A program made the position numbers and the translations under genes. The notes below the pieces were generated by a model. That model saw nothing but the letters and a program-made list of their open reading frames with translations, did not search any database and was not told where the DNA came from. Below, one piece after another: positions 26,296 to 37,437 of a stretch of 64,000 nucleotides of DNA; positions within the stretch are counted from its first letter, which is position 1; each line of letters begins with the position of its first letter. Source of the stretch: a virus (Duplodnaviria; Caudoviricetes); IMG/VR virus record IMGVR_UViG_3300028833_000066. One strand, 5' to 3'.

Positions 26296-27291
26296 TTAAC
26301 CACCTTCCTTGCGATTATATCCAAATTCTTGTGTCTTAAAGAAGTCTATATAATATTTCTCTAAATCACTCAAATCATCTTTATCGCAATATGTAATATA
26401 TTCAATAGACCAATTCCAGAAACCAGTGCGTAATATTTCGTGATGAACATACTAATCAGCTATTGATTTGATGCCAACACTTGATTTGAAGTGGTCTTGA
26501 ATACGTTTCTTAATATCTGTGCTTTTTCCTATATATGCTTTTCCGCTATCTATATTTGTCAATTTATAGATGCCAGGTTCAGCCTTGATACCAACTCGCT
26601 TAATTGTTTCATCTAAATATGGCTTAACATATTCAGCCCAAACTAATTTGCTAATAATGTCTGGATGCTAAACCTTTTTAGCAACTGTATTAAGCAAGAA
26701 ATCAATATCCTCTCTAAATTCTTCTGGAAGATAAATTGTATAGAATAGTTTCTACTATTTATCTTTTTCATACTATTTTAGTGGTTCTAACAATGCTTCA
26801 TATTTTTGCTACTCATATGCGGCCGCATTTTCACAAGATTTTATTTTATCTTGTAATTCTTTTACAACTTCTGCGGTAGCATTTTTAGCCTACTCTGTTT
26901 GTTCTTCACAATTCTTTAATATCTCTTGTAAAGTTTTCTCATAGACTTCTTTTTTATTATTCATTTCATGTTCTAAAGCATCTAGCCGTGTAGTACGCTA
27001 TTCTTCAATATAATTAGATATTTCAATTGTGCTTTGATATAGAGCTTCACGATACGCATCCTATGCGGCGGCAGTATCAGTTTGAAGTTTTTGTAATGCG
27101 TTTCGCCGCGAAACTTCTTCCTACTCTAATTTATTACACTATAGTTTAGCACTATATAAATGTGTATTTAATTCTTCTAATTCTTTGCGTTCTTGTTCTA
27201 TATTAAATCTATCACTCTTAACCTTGCGGCTAAGCTTAATAATTAAAACAATTATGATAACACACAGTGCTCCAATTATACCATACAGCAC
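26296..27291 (-). CDS. Membrane-anchored coiled-coil protein with C-terminal GIY-YIG nuclease domain (11 TAG), absent from the ORF track
   Basis: GTG start after SD GAGGTG. N-terminal hydrophobic helix LYGIIGALCVIIIVLII, then an E/K/Q-rich coil, then PGIYKLTNIDSGKAYIGKSTDIKKRIQDH...EKYYIDFFKTQEFGYN. Ends in TAA. Confidence 0.8.
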
Positions 27292-27324
27292 TACACATTC
27301 GCCACCTCTTTTCTTTTATACTTT

Positions 27325-27353
27325 ATTATAACATAAAGTTTCAGAAAAGTCAA
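27325..27353 (-). promoter_or_regulatory. Sigma-A promoter
   Basis: TTGACT-N17-TATAAT with extended TG. Confidence 0.75.
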
Positions 27354-27373
27354 ATGTTGGGTAGGATAATTTC

Positions 27374-27850
27374 TTATCCTACCCATTCAGCGTATTGATT
27401 ATCAGAAGCTAAATTAACTCCTAATACTTCATCATAATGTGGCTCTTGCCCCATAATATAGCGACCATATTTAATTATGATATTTTTATATTCTTGAATA
27501 ATATCCAAACATTCGATTTCATCTTTATTATAACCAGTATAAATAACTATCACATCATCGCAGTTCATGCCAGCACGAATAAAATCAATAAAATTAAGAA
27601 GTGTCGGCTCTGAATCAAATGGTTCTAATCCTTGTAGGCAAAAACCCTTGGTTAATGGATTAGCTTTATACATATCCCAAATAGTATATTCACTAACATC
27701 AATATCAGGTTCGGCCGCTAGTTTGCTGTTCTAGCAAACTTGGCAACCATTAAGTTTATCACATTTAAAATCGCAAGTGGGAAATTCTAGTGTCATTACT
27801 GGCTCTTTGTAGTTAGTGAAATCACAATCTATAATACCTTTAAGTTTCAT
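27374..27850 (-). CDS. nrdG: Anaerobic RNR activating protein (radical SAM), 1 TAG
   Basis: MKLKGIIDCDFTNYK..CDFKCDKLNGCQVC*NS, GLEPF, IYTGY, IKYGRY, LASDNQYA. Located next to nrdD. Confidence 0.85.
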
Positions 27851-28163
27851 ATTTTTTCTCCATATGTTCAAGACATATTTTTACTTGATTTTTCCATTGC
27901 TCTTCTTTTTCTTTTTTTATTGGATAATTAGAACACTAAGTCCTCCAGCAAGTTTCAAAAGGTGCACCCAACATGCATTCGTTACAACTTTTTCTTACTT
28001 CTATTAAAGGACACCAATCTGGACGTTTATGGTCATTAATAGTGTCACTTAATTCCCAAGCTTTTGCTTCTAAATGCCCATGGCAATAATCGAACTCATC
28101 ATCAATTAATGGGCAAGCATAGCAATCTTTAGGTAATCCTATATTGTATTCAATTCTTATCAT
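27840..28163 (-). CDS. Cys-rich hypothetical phage protein (1 TAG)
   Basis: The track ORF ends at TAG 27936; read-through reaches TAA 27840, overlapping the nrdG start. Motif PKDCYACPL...RPDWCPL. Confidence 0.6.
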
Positions 28164-30072
28164 TCAAATGCTCCCATTGTCTCATTTTAAATTCAGCCTT
28201 GCGTTCTTTACTCCAGGTCTTAATCGGCGTATAAAAGCCTACAATTCGCGTATATTCAGTTACTACATCGCCACCACAAATCGGGCACTTAGTTCCATAA
28301 AAAGCATGGTTATGCTCGCAAGCTTGAATCTTTGTATTAAAAGCAAAATAAGTAAGCCCTTGGTCAGCTATATAATTTACTGCTTCCCAAGCTTTTTCAA
28401 AACTATCAAATGGTGCATCAATATTTAAATGGGCAATGCTGCCACCATTGCAATAGCTATCAAATAGAGAAGCAATACGAATGCGTTCAGCCATTGTAGT
28501 TTTAATACCAAGTGGGATAAACTGATTGCCATATAGCGGCAAGTCTTTTACTACTGTTTCAGGGAATAAAAACTCATCAGCTAATTGCATCTTAGCGGCC
28601 GCAGATTCTCCCGGAATTTGCTCTACATTAATTTTATAATCTTTATCAGCAGCAAACTCATCCTTTACTCTATGTAAGGTTTGGAAGATTCTTTTTCCGA
28701 AAGCATCAGCGCGCTCAGTATAATAGACATTGCCTAATTCATCTTCGCGTGTATAGCCAAAAGTTTTCATAGTTTCATAAATACCAATAATACCTACTGT
28801 ATTATATAGATGTTCAAAATCAACTATGCCCTTCGAGAAATTTGGCAGTAAGCCTTTCTCTACATTACGACGAATGATATGGCGAACACAATCCAAAGCT
28901 TTACAATCTAGTTCTACAAGGTCTCGCAATCTAATTAAATAATCTTCTTCATTTTCTGCTTCTAATGCGATTCGTGCGAGATTAACGGTAGAAACTTTCA
29001 CAGAGCCTACTTTGAGAGCCGTTCCGCCTATACTATTAAAATACCCCAAGTCTTCAATATTACTTTTTAAGCGGCAACAATTACTTAATGAATTAACACT
29101 ATCATCAATAAAGAGATTACTATCACTCCATATACGATTATGCTCAATTCCCCAGCGGGCGAAAGCTTCATCCGCGAATTTACCATTCTTGCGAAGAAGG
29201 CTAATTGTTAATACAGGGAAAGTAAACATATTATGTTGTCTAATTTCAGCAATTGTTTCCATAAAGACCTTTTGGAAATCTTGAATACCTTGTAATTCAT
29301 CAATCATAAAGGTTTCATCTGGGAACATTGAACCTCCAAATAAAGCTTCAAGATAAGCCATATCAAATACAGAACAGTTTGTGAAAGCACTTTGCATACC
29401 ATCCCTTACATATGGTTGATTAACAGCATATACAAAACGCTGGATTTGCTGGCGAGCGTAATATTCAGGAGACTTTGTGGCGTATCCATTCTCACAATCT
29501 TTCTTCCAGAAATAATACATATATGGAATAAGATTGGGCAAGCCGACAGCACCGGAGCTACGATTGGCCGCAAAGCTAATAAATTCTTTTACAAAATCTA
29601 CAAAGGTAGATAAGTGCTTTGGAGGCTCGGCGTTGAAATTATTTAGGAAGAATAGGCCCTTCTCTGCCACATCCTTTAAATCATAAGCAAAGCAATAATG
29701 AATATATGTCGAAGTATCAGCATCGTGCATATATAAAGCTTTAGTCCACTCCTTCTCAAGCCATTCATTCGCGGCTTGGAAACCATAGCGTTTATTCATT
29801 TCATAATAAATTTTATTGAAAGCTAGTAGCTTACGATGTGGTTTTGGCATTTCATTCATCAGCGTCCGCATGTCTTTATTGCCAACATTTGAGTTACCAT
29901 CAACAGAAACATCAGCGACTGTATCTTTATCAATAAAGTTATCAATAAAGTCAGTATATGATAACTGCTTATCACCAAAACCATTTAGATAAGCCATTTC
30001 TTCTCCATACTTTTCGCTCATTCGGTTATAAGCAGTCTGGAAATTCTTATTTAATCTAACCTTAATATCCAT
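28150..30072 (-). CDS. nrdD: Class III (anaerobic) ribonucleotide reductase
   Basis: YCF, SNCCRL, EQIPGESAA, CPICG and the TRIVGFY glycyl-radical motif. No TAG. Confidence 0.93.
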   Translation of the reverse strand: MDIKVRLNKNFQTAYNRMSEKYGEEMAYLNGFGDKQLSYTDFIDNFIDKDTVADVSVDGNSNVGNKDMRTLMNEMPKPHRKLLAFNKIYYEMNKRYGFQAANEWLEKEWTKALYMHDADTSTYIHYCFAYDLKDVAEKGLFFLNNFNAEPPKHLSTFVDFVKEFISFAANRSSGAVGLPNLIPYMYYFWKKDCENGYATKSPEYYARQQIQRFVYAVNQPYVRDGMQSAFTNCSVFDMAYLEALFGGSMFPDETFMIDELQGIQDFQKVFMETIAEIRQHNMFTFPVLTISLLRKNGKFADEAFARWGIEHNRIWSDSNLFIDDSVNSLSNCCRLKSNIEDLGYFNSIGGTALKVGSVKVSTVNLARIALEAENEEDYLIRLRDLVELDCKALDCVRHIIRRNVEKGLLPNFSKGIVDFEHLYNTVGIIGIYETMKTFGYTREDELGNVYYTERADAFGKRIFQTLHRVKDEFAADKDYKINVEQIPGESAAAKMQLADEFLFPETVVKDLPLYGNQFIPLGIKTTMAERIRIASLFDSYCNGGSIAHLNIDAPFDSFEKAWEAVNYIADQGLTYFAFNTKIQACEHNHAFYGTKCPICGGDVVTEYTRIVGFYTPIKTWSKERKAEFKMRQWEHLNDKN

Positions 30073-30074
30073 AT

Positions 30075-30290
30075 TTATCCCTCCGGCTGTGCTTTAATCC
30101 ATTCATTCATTTCAGTCGGAGAAGTGAACATTGTGCCATCTTCTAATTGCATTACTGGAAGACGTTGAATATTTTTTTCAATTAGCGGCTGAATGTCATG
30201 TGTTTCACTAAACTTAATATTCTTTTTATTAAGCTTCATTTTAATCATTTTACAGATACCACAAGTAGGGCTCGTATATAATTGTATCAT
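30075..30290 (-). CDS. Glutaredoxin / NrdH-like protein
   Basis: LYTSPTCGICKMIK CxxC motif; sits upstream of nrdD. Confidence 0.75.
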   Translation of the reverse strand: MIQLYTSPTCGICKMIKMKLNKKNIKFSETHDIQPLIEKNIQRLPVMQLEDGTMFTSPTEMNEWIKAQPEG

Positions 30291-30296
30291 ATAATA

Positions 30297-30503
30297 TCAC
30301 TCCAAATTCTTTCCACAATATGGACATTTACTATCTACCATTACAAAATTATGTTTAGCACTAAAATGCGGGCATTGCTCTTGTAATTCTTTTAATTCAT
30401 TGAAGATATTTTTTACATCTTCATTTAAAACCATATTAGCAGCAGCAATTTTTAGCCGCTAGTTTAGGTTCTCGTGTTTTAAAATAATTTCATCCATCGT
30501 CAT
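30297..30503 (-). CDS. Small Zn-ribbon protein (1 TAG), absent from the ORF track
   Basis: MTMDEIILKHENLN*RL...QEQCPH...KCPYCGKNLE; ATGA-coupled to the upstream gene. Confidence 0.65.
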
Positions 30504-31561
30504 GCTCTCCACACTCCTCTTTTTGATAAATCATTATAAGTTTGTGTAAATAAATCAGCGGCAGAAGGGTGAAATTTCAGTAGTATTTTCTTTTCTTCTA
30601 TTACCGCCATTTTACGTAGTAATCTATCGTTTATGCTAATTCCGGGATTATTTAGTTGACTCCAAGTAGCTATAAGTTTTAATAAATTTATAATATTACT
30701 TGTTATTCCAATTTTAGAAGGTATGTATTTTAATTTAATCGGTATTTTATAAGACCAGAATGAATATAAAATATTTAATTTATAAATTAGATCCTTATAA
30801 TACTGTAAATTAGTTTGAAAAGTTCCACCAATAGGAATATAAACCGCAGTATTTTTAGTAATATCTGCTAAAAACATATTTTGATATTTTTTTAGCATAT
30901 AGTTCACTTCGTTTAATGGTACTTCGGTATCTAATAAAATATCATTAGAACGAGTAATTTTAGGGTAGGTTCTTAATTTAAAATATTGTGATAGTGTTTT
31001 ACAAACAATAGGATGAATACTATGAATACCTCTTACTTTTCTATCTATTGCCTCTTGTATTGTATCTTCCCAATCATAAGAAAAAAAATCAGTATCATAT
31101 AGATATAAAAGTTTATTTGATTTGATAGAAGGCATCGGTAATTTTTCTTCACCTGCATATCGGCGATAATATGTATTATCTAATAATTGATTTATAATAT
31201 TTGTTTTAATGCCTTCATCATATTTTTCTTTTAAGAAGTTTTTATAAATCCAAGTTTTAGGTAATGTAAAGTCAATAATTGAATTTTGAAATGGAATATA
31301 TTCACCATTTGTAAATCCTGTGCCACCATAAATAATATTAGATTGACGTTTTAATATATCAGGAATTACTGGATCAAATGTTTCACTAAAACAATATATT
31401 ATATCATAACCTTCCATTATTGTATCTTTTAAAGAGACAAGATTACAGAACAGATTTTCTTCTGTTCTGTAATAACTTGCCAATTTCATTATTTCTACAT
31501 TAGGAGGGCATAGACTTGTAGATTTTGTGGTCTATAAATCTAAATCTACCAAACCTATCAT
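30500..31561 (-). CDS. Hypothetical protein resembling phage radical-SAM family N-terminus, without the CxxxCxxC motif (1 TAG at codon 10)
   Basis: MIGLVDLD...PNVEIMKLASYY...YGGTGF. Start extended to ATG 31561 by TAG read-through. Confidence 0.55.
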
Positions 31562-31562
31562 A

Positions 31563-34500
31563 TCATCCCTCCTTACGGTCAAACTGGAATTTTAATTGCC
31601 CATCTTTAGAAACTTCTGTAATCTTTGAGATTACTGGAAATGAAGATGAACGATATTTTTTCGGAATAAAGTCTGCTCCACGTCTAATGCCTTGAATCAT
31701 TAATAATGTACCGCGTGAAAACCAACTTTTTTCAATAACGTGTTTTTTACCATCTTCTCCAATTTGAGAAATTTGCTTGTCATATAAAGCAAATTGATTT
31801 TTATATACTTTAACACTAACAACACCAGTTGGAGTTAAAAGCGTTACTGTATTCTTCATCTTACTCTTATCAATTACAGTTCCAATAATACATGCTAATT
31901 TATAAGTTTTAATTTCATCACCAGTTTTGCTTGTGAAAATATTATCAATCTCTGGTTCCTCTGGAAGTTCAAAGAAATCATCATAATATTTACTGGCGGC
32001 CGCAAGCTCATGCTCATGAGAATAGAACGAAACTGATTCCATTTCCCAATGACTAATATTGCCTTGTGCATACTTGTCTTCTACTTCTTTATACAAAGAA
32101 TCATTAAGAGCCTTTAACATTTCATCTTTATGCTCTTTCAAATATGCTCTCATTGGCTCCATCCCACGACTATACAGATTATCCCAAGTCTTTACTCCAA
32201 TACTCACACCATTATCAATGTAATCTGCGGAGAAATGATTAGAGATAAAATTAATTGCACTTTCATTTAATTGATATTCAACTTTTGCTTTTTGAGACTT
32301 TAAGAACTTATTAAATAAGAATAATTTCGCATAATAACTCATTTCATCTGGAATAAGTTCTTTTGTAATCAACATCTGCATATTTTGAAGCGTTAGCCGC
32401 TGCTTCTTGTCAGCAATGTTTATAAGATACTTTTTCATAATTTCTTCTCTTGGAAGATTCTCCAATGTATCAAATGCTCCACACTTAATAAGGTTTATCA
32501 TTTGTACCTTATTAATTTTTACCCTTGAAAGAAAATCTTCCATTGAACTATATGGACGGCCAGCCATTATATCCTTAATTGTTGATGCGGATAATCTTGT
32601 AATGCCGCGTAATCCATAAAGAATAGTGTTATCCTTTACAACTGGTGTAAAAGTAAATGAAGAAGAATTGATATTTGGCGCGGCTACTTTAATACCATAG
32701 TTTCCAAATTTACCAATAGCTGCCGCGACCTTACCATAATCAACTGTTTTTGTTTTTTCTTTTTTCTTTTCTTCTTTTACATCTTCATCAATATCGTTTT
32801 CTTCTTCCCATTCTTCAAGATCTTCTTCATCTTCATCTTCATCTTTTTCATTTTCAACAATTAATGAAGCTTCTCCATCTTCATCATATTCAATTTCTGC
32901 AGTTCCGCCGCTATCAACAATTAAATTTGCGGTATTCCAGAAAATTATTGGATATTCATATGCTAGATTCATTTCTTGTAAGGCAACCATTGAATATGAA
33001 AATGTATGCGCCGCATTGAACCCATATCCGCGGCTCAACGCGATTTCTACCTTCCATACGTAATTACAAAACTTTTCACTTAAATGCTGCTCTTTAACTC
33101 GTTCAAAAAACTTTACTTCAAGTTCTTCATATTCTTTTGGATTCTTTTTGGCAATTGATTTTCTCAATTTATCAGCGAACTGTAAGTCCCAGCCGCCGCA
33201 TTCTGGCAATTGGACCAGTTGCATAAACTGTTCCTGTGTAATAGATAAACCATTTGAAATGTCTAGTTCTCTATGAAGAATTGCTCGTTCTTCATCAGTT
33301 AAACCATACATCTTCATTTCTCTATCCCATGCATCAGGAATATTCCTGAAACGAGTATATTTATCTAGCGGGGACTCAGCTCCTTTTTCAGTTGCCATTA
33401 GACGAATAACTGAATTTAAGATAGCTAATTCATCAACTGTTCTTGGATGAGTAAGAGCAATACCACGAACACCGCTTTGCTGTTCCATCTGGAACAATGA
33501 TACAATTTCGTGATTCTGAACCATGTCCCACATCTTATTATCAGTTCGTTCAATTTTATACACATTAAGTGCATTCATGTATGTTTCGCGCAAGTTCCTA
33601 CCGGCTGGTATATATCCTTGTTCTACTAGCAAATCCAAACAAGTATGAATTTTATCCGCTGCTTCAACTGAAAGCAAGTCCATTTTAATCTCACTAACTG
33701 CTTCCAAATTATGAAGCTCAAACTGTGTAATAACAGTTCCGTCAGGCGCTCTCATTAATGCACTAGCTTCTGTAAAGTCTTTATCTTTAAATACTACTCC
33801 ACCAGCGTGAATGCCGACACCACAAATTAATCCTTCAATTTTACTAGCAACTTCCCACCATCTATCATACTTATTAATTTCATTAATAAATGTCTGATTT
33901 GGTTCAATTCCATTTTCTGGATCTCCATAATACATTTGAGATAATGTATAAGTTGCTCCACGTTCTGCACTAATAAGATTTGATACATATTGTGCTTCAT
34001 CGACATCAATACCTAAGCCACGTGCCGCAGTTTGAACAGCCGACTTAGATTTTTCAACTCTAAATGTCGCTACATTTGATACACGATTGGCACCATATAC
34101 TTTTCTTAAATGTGCTAATACCTGCCCACGTTTTGAACCCTCAATGTCTACATCAATATCAAGGACAGATACACGAGCTGGATTCAAGAACCTCCAAGGA
34201 TAAGTTTTCGTATTCTCTCTTAAACAATTAATTTGAATAATGTCTAATGCATATAGAAGAACAAATCCCATACCTGAGCCTCGGGCTGGAAGAACAATAC
34301 TTCCTGCATTCCAGCATTCATCTATAATCTTTTGAAGGTTCAAAAAGTATGCTGACCATCTAGCATTATTTACTTCACTAGATTCCCAAGTCATTTCAAG
34401 GCATTCATTTAAAGCATTATAAGCTTGTTCATTTTGTAAATCTTCATGCTTATGAATGCCTTCAATTAGAGCAATCACTAATTGATTATCAGCATAATGC

Positions 34501-35522
34501 GGAGATTTGACGAACTTTTCCAATGCTGGCATTAATCTCGTAAATGCAAATACTTCATCAGGTTGCCGCTGTGCAAATTTTCTCCAAGGAAGTTGAGGAA
34601 TCTCTAGCGGCCGCAAGATACTAAAATCTTCACATTCATCTTTAATATGACGAATCCAATAATATGCCGTTTCAATTTCTTCTGCACTTAAATATGGGAA
34701 GAAACTTCTAATTTCTTCATCCTTCATCATATAAGTGGTCGCATAGAAACTTCTTACCTCACGTTCGCCTTCCTGCGCATTAAGAAAAGCTTCGTGGATT
34801 GGAGCATCCTCTGGCCTACCATAATGACTATCTGTTGTAATAATATATGGAAGATTTAATTCTTCAGCAATTTTGAGAAGATGTTTATTAACAAAGATTT
34901 GTTCTTTGTTATTGGAAGGTTGCATTTCAAGATAGAAATTACCATGCCCAAAAATATCTTCAATATATAAACACCAACGTTTAGCTGTATTATAAAACTC
35001 TTCATCGCCAGTATCCATATATTGAAGTAGAAATCTATCAAGTTGAGAACCAAGACAGGCACTTGATGCAATTAAATGCCCTTGATTCGGCTTTACGATT
35101 TCTTTTAAATCTTGATAATAAGTTGGCCGTCTGCGAAGTCTGCGGCTCATATATGAACGCATCCATGCACGAGTTGATAGTTCGCAGATTTGATGATAAC
35201 CAACTAAATCTTTACAAAGAAGAATAAAGTGAAAATATCTATCTTTTGTTCTATCAAAATTCTTCGCATTTAAACCATTTCGTGTAAGATAAATCTCATT
35301 GCCGCGAATAAGTTTAAAATCTGGATGCTTTTCTTTAATTTTCTTATAATATTGTTCAGCTTTAATATAACTAGAAATAGTTTCATGGTCTGTAATTGCC
35401 ACACCTTCATGACCTAATTCTACCGCTAAGTCCATAAGACTTTGAACAGTATTAATACAATCACGTAAAGTTTCATTACTATAATCAGTATGATTATGCA
35501 AGCTCATAGGATATAAACTCAC
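31563..35522 (-). CDS. dnaE: DNA polymerase III alpha subunit (PHP + Pol C family)
   Basis: HNHTDYS, AITDHE, ARGSG, LDIDVDI, GIHAGGV, KMDLL, GYGFNAAH motifs; C-terminal OB fold. No TAG. Confidence 0.95.
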   Translation of the reverse strand: MSLYPMSLHNHTDYSNETLRDCINTVQSLMDLAVELGHEGVAITDHETISSYIKAEQYYKKIKEKHPDFKLIRGNEIYLTRNGLNAKNFDRTKDRYFHFILLCKDLVGYHQICELSTRAWMRSYMSRRLRRRPTYYQDLKEIVKPNQGHLIASSACLGSQLDRFLLQYMDTGDEEFYNTAKRWCLYIEDIFGHGNFYLEMQPSNNKEQIFVNKHLLKIAEELNLPYIITTDSHYGRPEDAPIHEAFLNAQEGEREVRSFYATTYMMKDEEIRSFFPYLSAEEIETAYYWIRHIKDECEDFSILRPLEIPQLPWRKFAQRQPDEVFAFTRLMPALEKFVKSPHYADNQLVIALIEGIHKHEDLQNEQAYNALNECLEMTWESSEVNNARWSAYFLNLQKIIDECWNAGSIVLPARGSGMGFVLLYALDIIQINCLRENTKTYPWRFLNPARVSVLDIDVDIEGSKRGQVLAHLRKVYGANRVSNVATFRVEKSKSAVQTAARGLGIDVDEAQYVSNLISAERGATYTLSQMYYGDPENGIEPNQTFINEINKYDRWWEVASKIEGLICGVGIHAGGVVFKDKDFTEASALMRAPDGTVITQFELHNLEAVSEIKMDLLSVEAADKIHTCLDLLVEQGYIPAGRNLRETYMNALNVYKIERTDNKMWDMVQNHEIVSLFQMEQQSGVRGIALTHPRTVDELAILNSVIRLMATEKGAESPLDKYTRFRNIPDAWDREMKMYGLTDEERAILHRELDISNGLSITQEQFMQLVQLPECGGWDLQFADKLRKSIAKKNPKEYEELEVKFFERVKEQHLSEKFCNYVWKVEIALSRGYGFNAAHTFSYSMVALQEMNLAYEYPIIFWNTANLIVDSGGTAEIEYDEDGEASLIVENEKDEDEDEEDLEEWEEENDIDEDVKEEKKKEKTKTVDYGKVAAAIGKFGNYGIKVAAPNINSSSFTFTPVVKDNTILYGLRGITRLSASTIKDIMAGRPYSSMEDFLSRVKINKVQMINLIKCGAFDTLENLPREEIMKKYLINIADKKQRLTLQNMQMLITKELIPDEMSYYAKLFLFNKFLKSQKAKVEYQLNESAINFISNHFSADYIDNGVSIGVKTWDNLYSRGMEPMRAYLKEHKDEMLKALNDSLYKEVEDKYAQGNISHWEMESVSFYSHEHELAAASKYYDDFFELPEEPEIDNIFTSKTGDEIKTYKLACIIGTVIDKSKMKNTVTLLTPTGVVSVKVYKNQFALYDKQISQIGEDGKKHVIEKSWFSRGTLLMIQGIRRGADFIPKKYRSSSFPVISKITEVSKDGQLKFQFDRKEG

Positions 35523-35546
35523 TTTACCACTCCTCCTTCTAATTAT

Positions 35547-35575
35547 ATTATAATATAATTTTTATTTTTTGTCAA
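35547..35575 (-). promoter_or_regulatory. Sigma-A promoter for dnaE
   Basis: TTGACA-N17-TATAAT. Confidence 0.75.
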
Positions 35576-35652
35576 TATTATTTGCCTCGATGTATAAATA
35601 CAGCTTTAGTATGATGAAAAATAAACTTAAATCTAATATTAATATAACATCA

Positions 35653-37437
35653 TCAAAAGTCATATTTATGCTCATCATCCTTTAATTCATAATCATCAAT
35701 GAATAATTGAACTGTAGTGCGGCCGCCCCAACTATTAAGATTAGCACGGCCATATGCTGTAAGTAGTTTAGTTTTATCTTCTAATACTTCCATAGCAAAG
35801 TCCGGATCTTTAAAACGCACATAATCAATTCCATTGTATGAAATCTTTACGCTATCTTTATTAGCACCCATTAGGAATACTGATGAAATCGGAATATTTT
35901 CTACCACAAACTTAATCTCATCAATATGGTTTCCAAAGAACTCAGGGTGCGAGGCTAATGTAGCCATTAAATCAACATTATTATCATTAGCATTTAAAAT
36001 ATAATCAACTACATAGCAATTTTCAAAGTCCTCAGCTTTTAATGTAGAATTAGCATATTGAACTAATTGATCAATTTTATTACCGCTAATGCCAAAGCCA
36101 CAAGCATTATCATGGCCGGCCGCGTAATCAATTAGGCTGCTCTGTTCTAGGAATGCCTTAAAACTTGGTAAACCATTAAAATTGCTATCGCTTCTAATGC
36201 TTCCCTGGACTTTATTTAATTCATTGCGACGACCAATCATACAAGGTTTGTGATACTTAGATACAATTGCCATCGCAATTAAACCAGTTAGTTCTTGCGG
36301 AATGTTATCTTCTTCATCAACTTCCACGATAATAATGTTATTAGAAAGTAAATCATTCTTTTGAATCTTAAAATCAATTAACTCAATTGCTTTCTCCTTT
36401 AACTTATCTTGCCGTGACTTAGCGTTTTTTCCAACGCGGGCGGTCTGTTCTGCGGCTGTCTCAATTTCACCAGCCTTCGCACCACGTTTTGTACTCTGGC
36501 AGGGCCTATCTGGCTCAATAAAACAATAGAACATTGTTTCTTTTTCTGTCATACTGCCTACGCGAGTAATAGCGTTAATTAGTGGAGCAATATAGAAAGC
36601 AATATCAATAGGAGTTAAGCCTACATATGGATATACTGCTTTATCTTTTAATGAGAACGACTGTGATTCTACTAATGTGCTAATACCCTTGTTTTTAATA
36701 TTAGCTAAACCAGTAAGCATTAGATAATTAGTTTCTACATTAGTTCTATCCATTACATCCGCAATTTCGCCAAGTGCTACTAAATCCAAATAATTAGTAG
36801 CTAGCGGTTCTACCAATTCTAATGTATCATCTAATACTTCACAGAATTTATATACAACACCAGCTCCGCATAATGATTTATTCTTATACCTAGGAGATAA
36901 CTGATTATTAATTATAATTGTATTCGGCTCATTGCTGATAATAGGTTCGCCGTTATCATTATAAAGTTGTTCGTGATGGTCTAACACAAGACAATCCATA
37001 TTTAGTTCTTTTAAACGACGATGTTCTTCCACATCATAGCTCGCTGAATCAGGGCAAATAACTAAATCATAAATAGGATTAATTTCAATCTTATCAATTA
37101 CATCACTTAAACCGTGTTGTTTATGTTCATGAATCATAAAGCTAAGTTTAGCATCTGGAAAAACTTTCTTAATATAGAGCCATAAAATGCTAGAACTCGT
37201 AAAACCATCAGCGTCTTGATCTACAATGAAGAGAATATTATGATATGCTAGCAGATGCTTTAATAACATATCGGCACCTGCTTCAATATTTTCTAAATCA
37301 TATGGGTTTAATTCACAGGAAAAAGTTGGTGCCACAAAGTTATCAATATCCTCTACTCCTCTATTACGAAGAATTTCTTCTAGGGCATGATTTGGGTCTG
37401 TTGTAAAATGATTTCTTAACTTATATCTCATACGCAT
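35653..37437 (-). CDS. recJ: RecJ-like DHH ssDNA exonuclease
   Basis: DQDADGFTS, LDHH, LCGAGV, GEIADVM, GSIR and AGHDNACG motifs. Confidence 0.9.
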   Translation of the reverse strand: MRMRYKLRNHFTTDPNHALEEILRNRGVEDIDNFVAPTFSCELNPYDLENIEAGADMLLKHLLAYHNILFIVDQDADGFTSSSILWLYIKKVFPDAKLSFMIHEHKQHGLSDVIDKIEINPIYDLVICPDSASYDVEEHRRLKELNMDCLVLDHHEQLYNDNGEPIISNEPNTIIINNQLSPRYKNKSLCGAGVVYKFCEVLDDTLELVEPLATNYLDLVALGEIADVMDRTNVETNYLMLTGLANIKNKGISTLVESQSFSLKDKAVYPYVGLTPIDIAFYIAPLINAITRVGSMTEKETMFYCFIEPDRPCQSTKRGAKAGEIETAAEQTARVGKNAKSRQDKLKEKAIELIDFKIQKNDLLSNNIIIVEVDEEDNIPQELTGLIAMAIVSKYHKPCMIGRRNELNKVQGSIRSDSNFNGLPSFKAFLEQSSLIDYAAGHDNACGFGISGNKIDQLVQYANSTLKAEDFENCYVVDYILNANDNNVDLMATLASHPEFFGNHIDEIKFVVENIPISSVFLMGANKDSVKISYNGIDYVRFKDPDFAMEVLEDKTKLLTAYGRANLNSWGGRTTVQLFIDDYELKDDEHKYDF

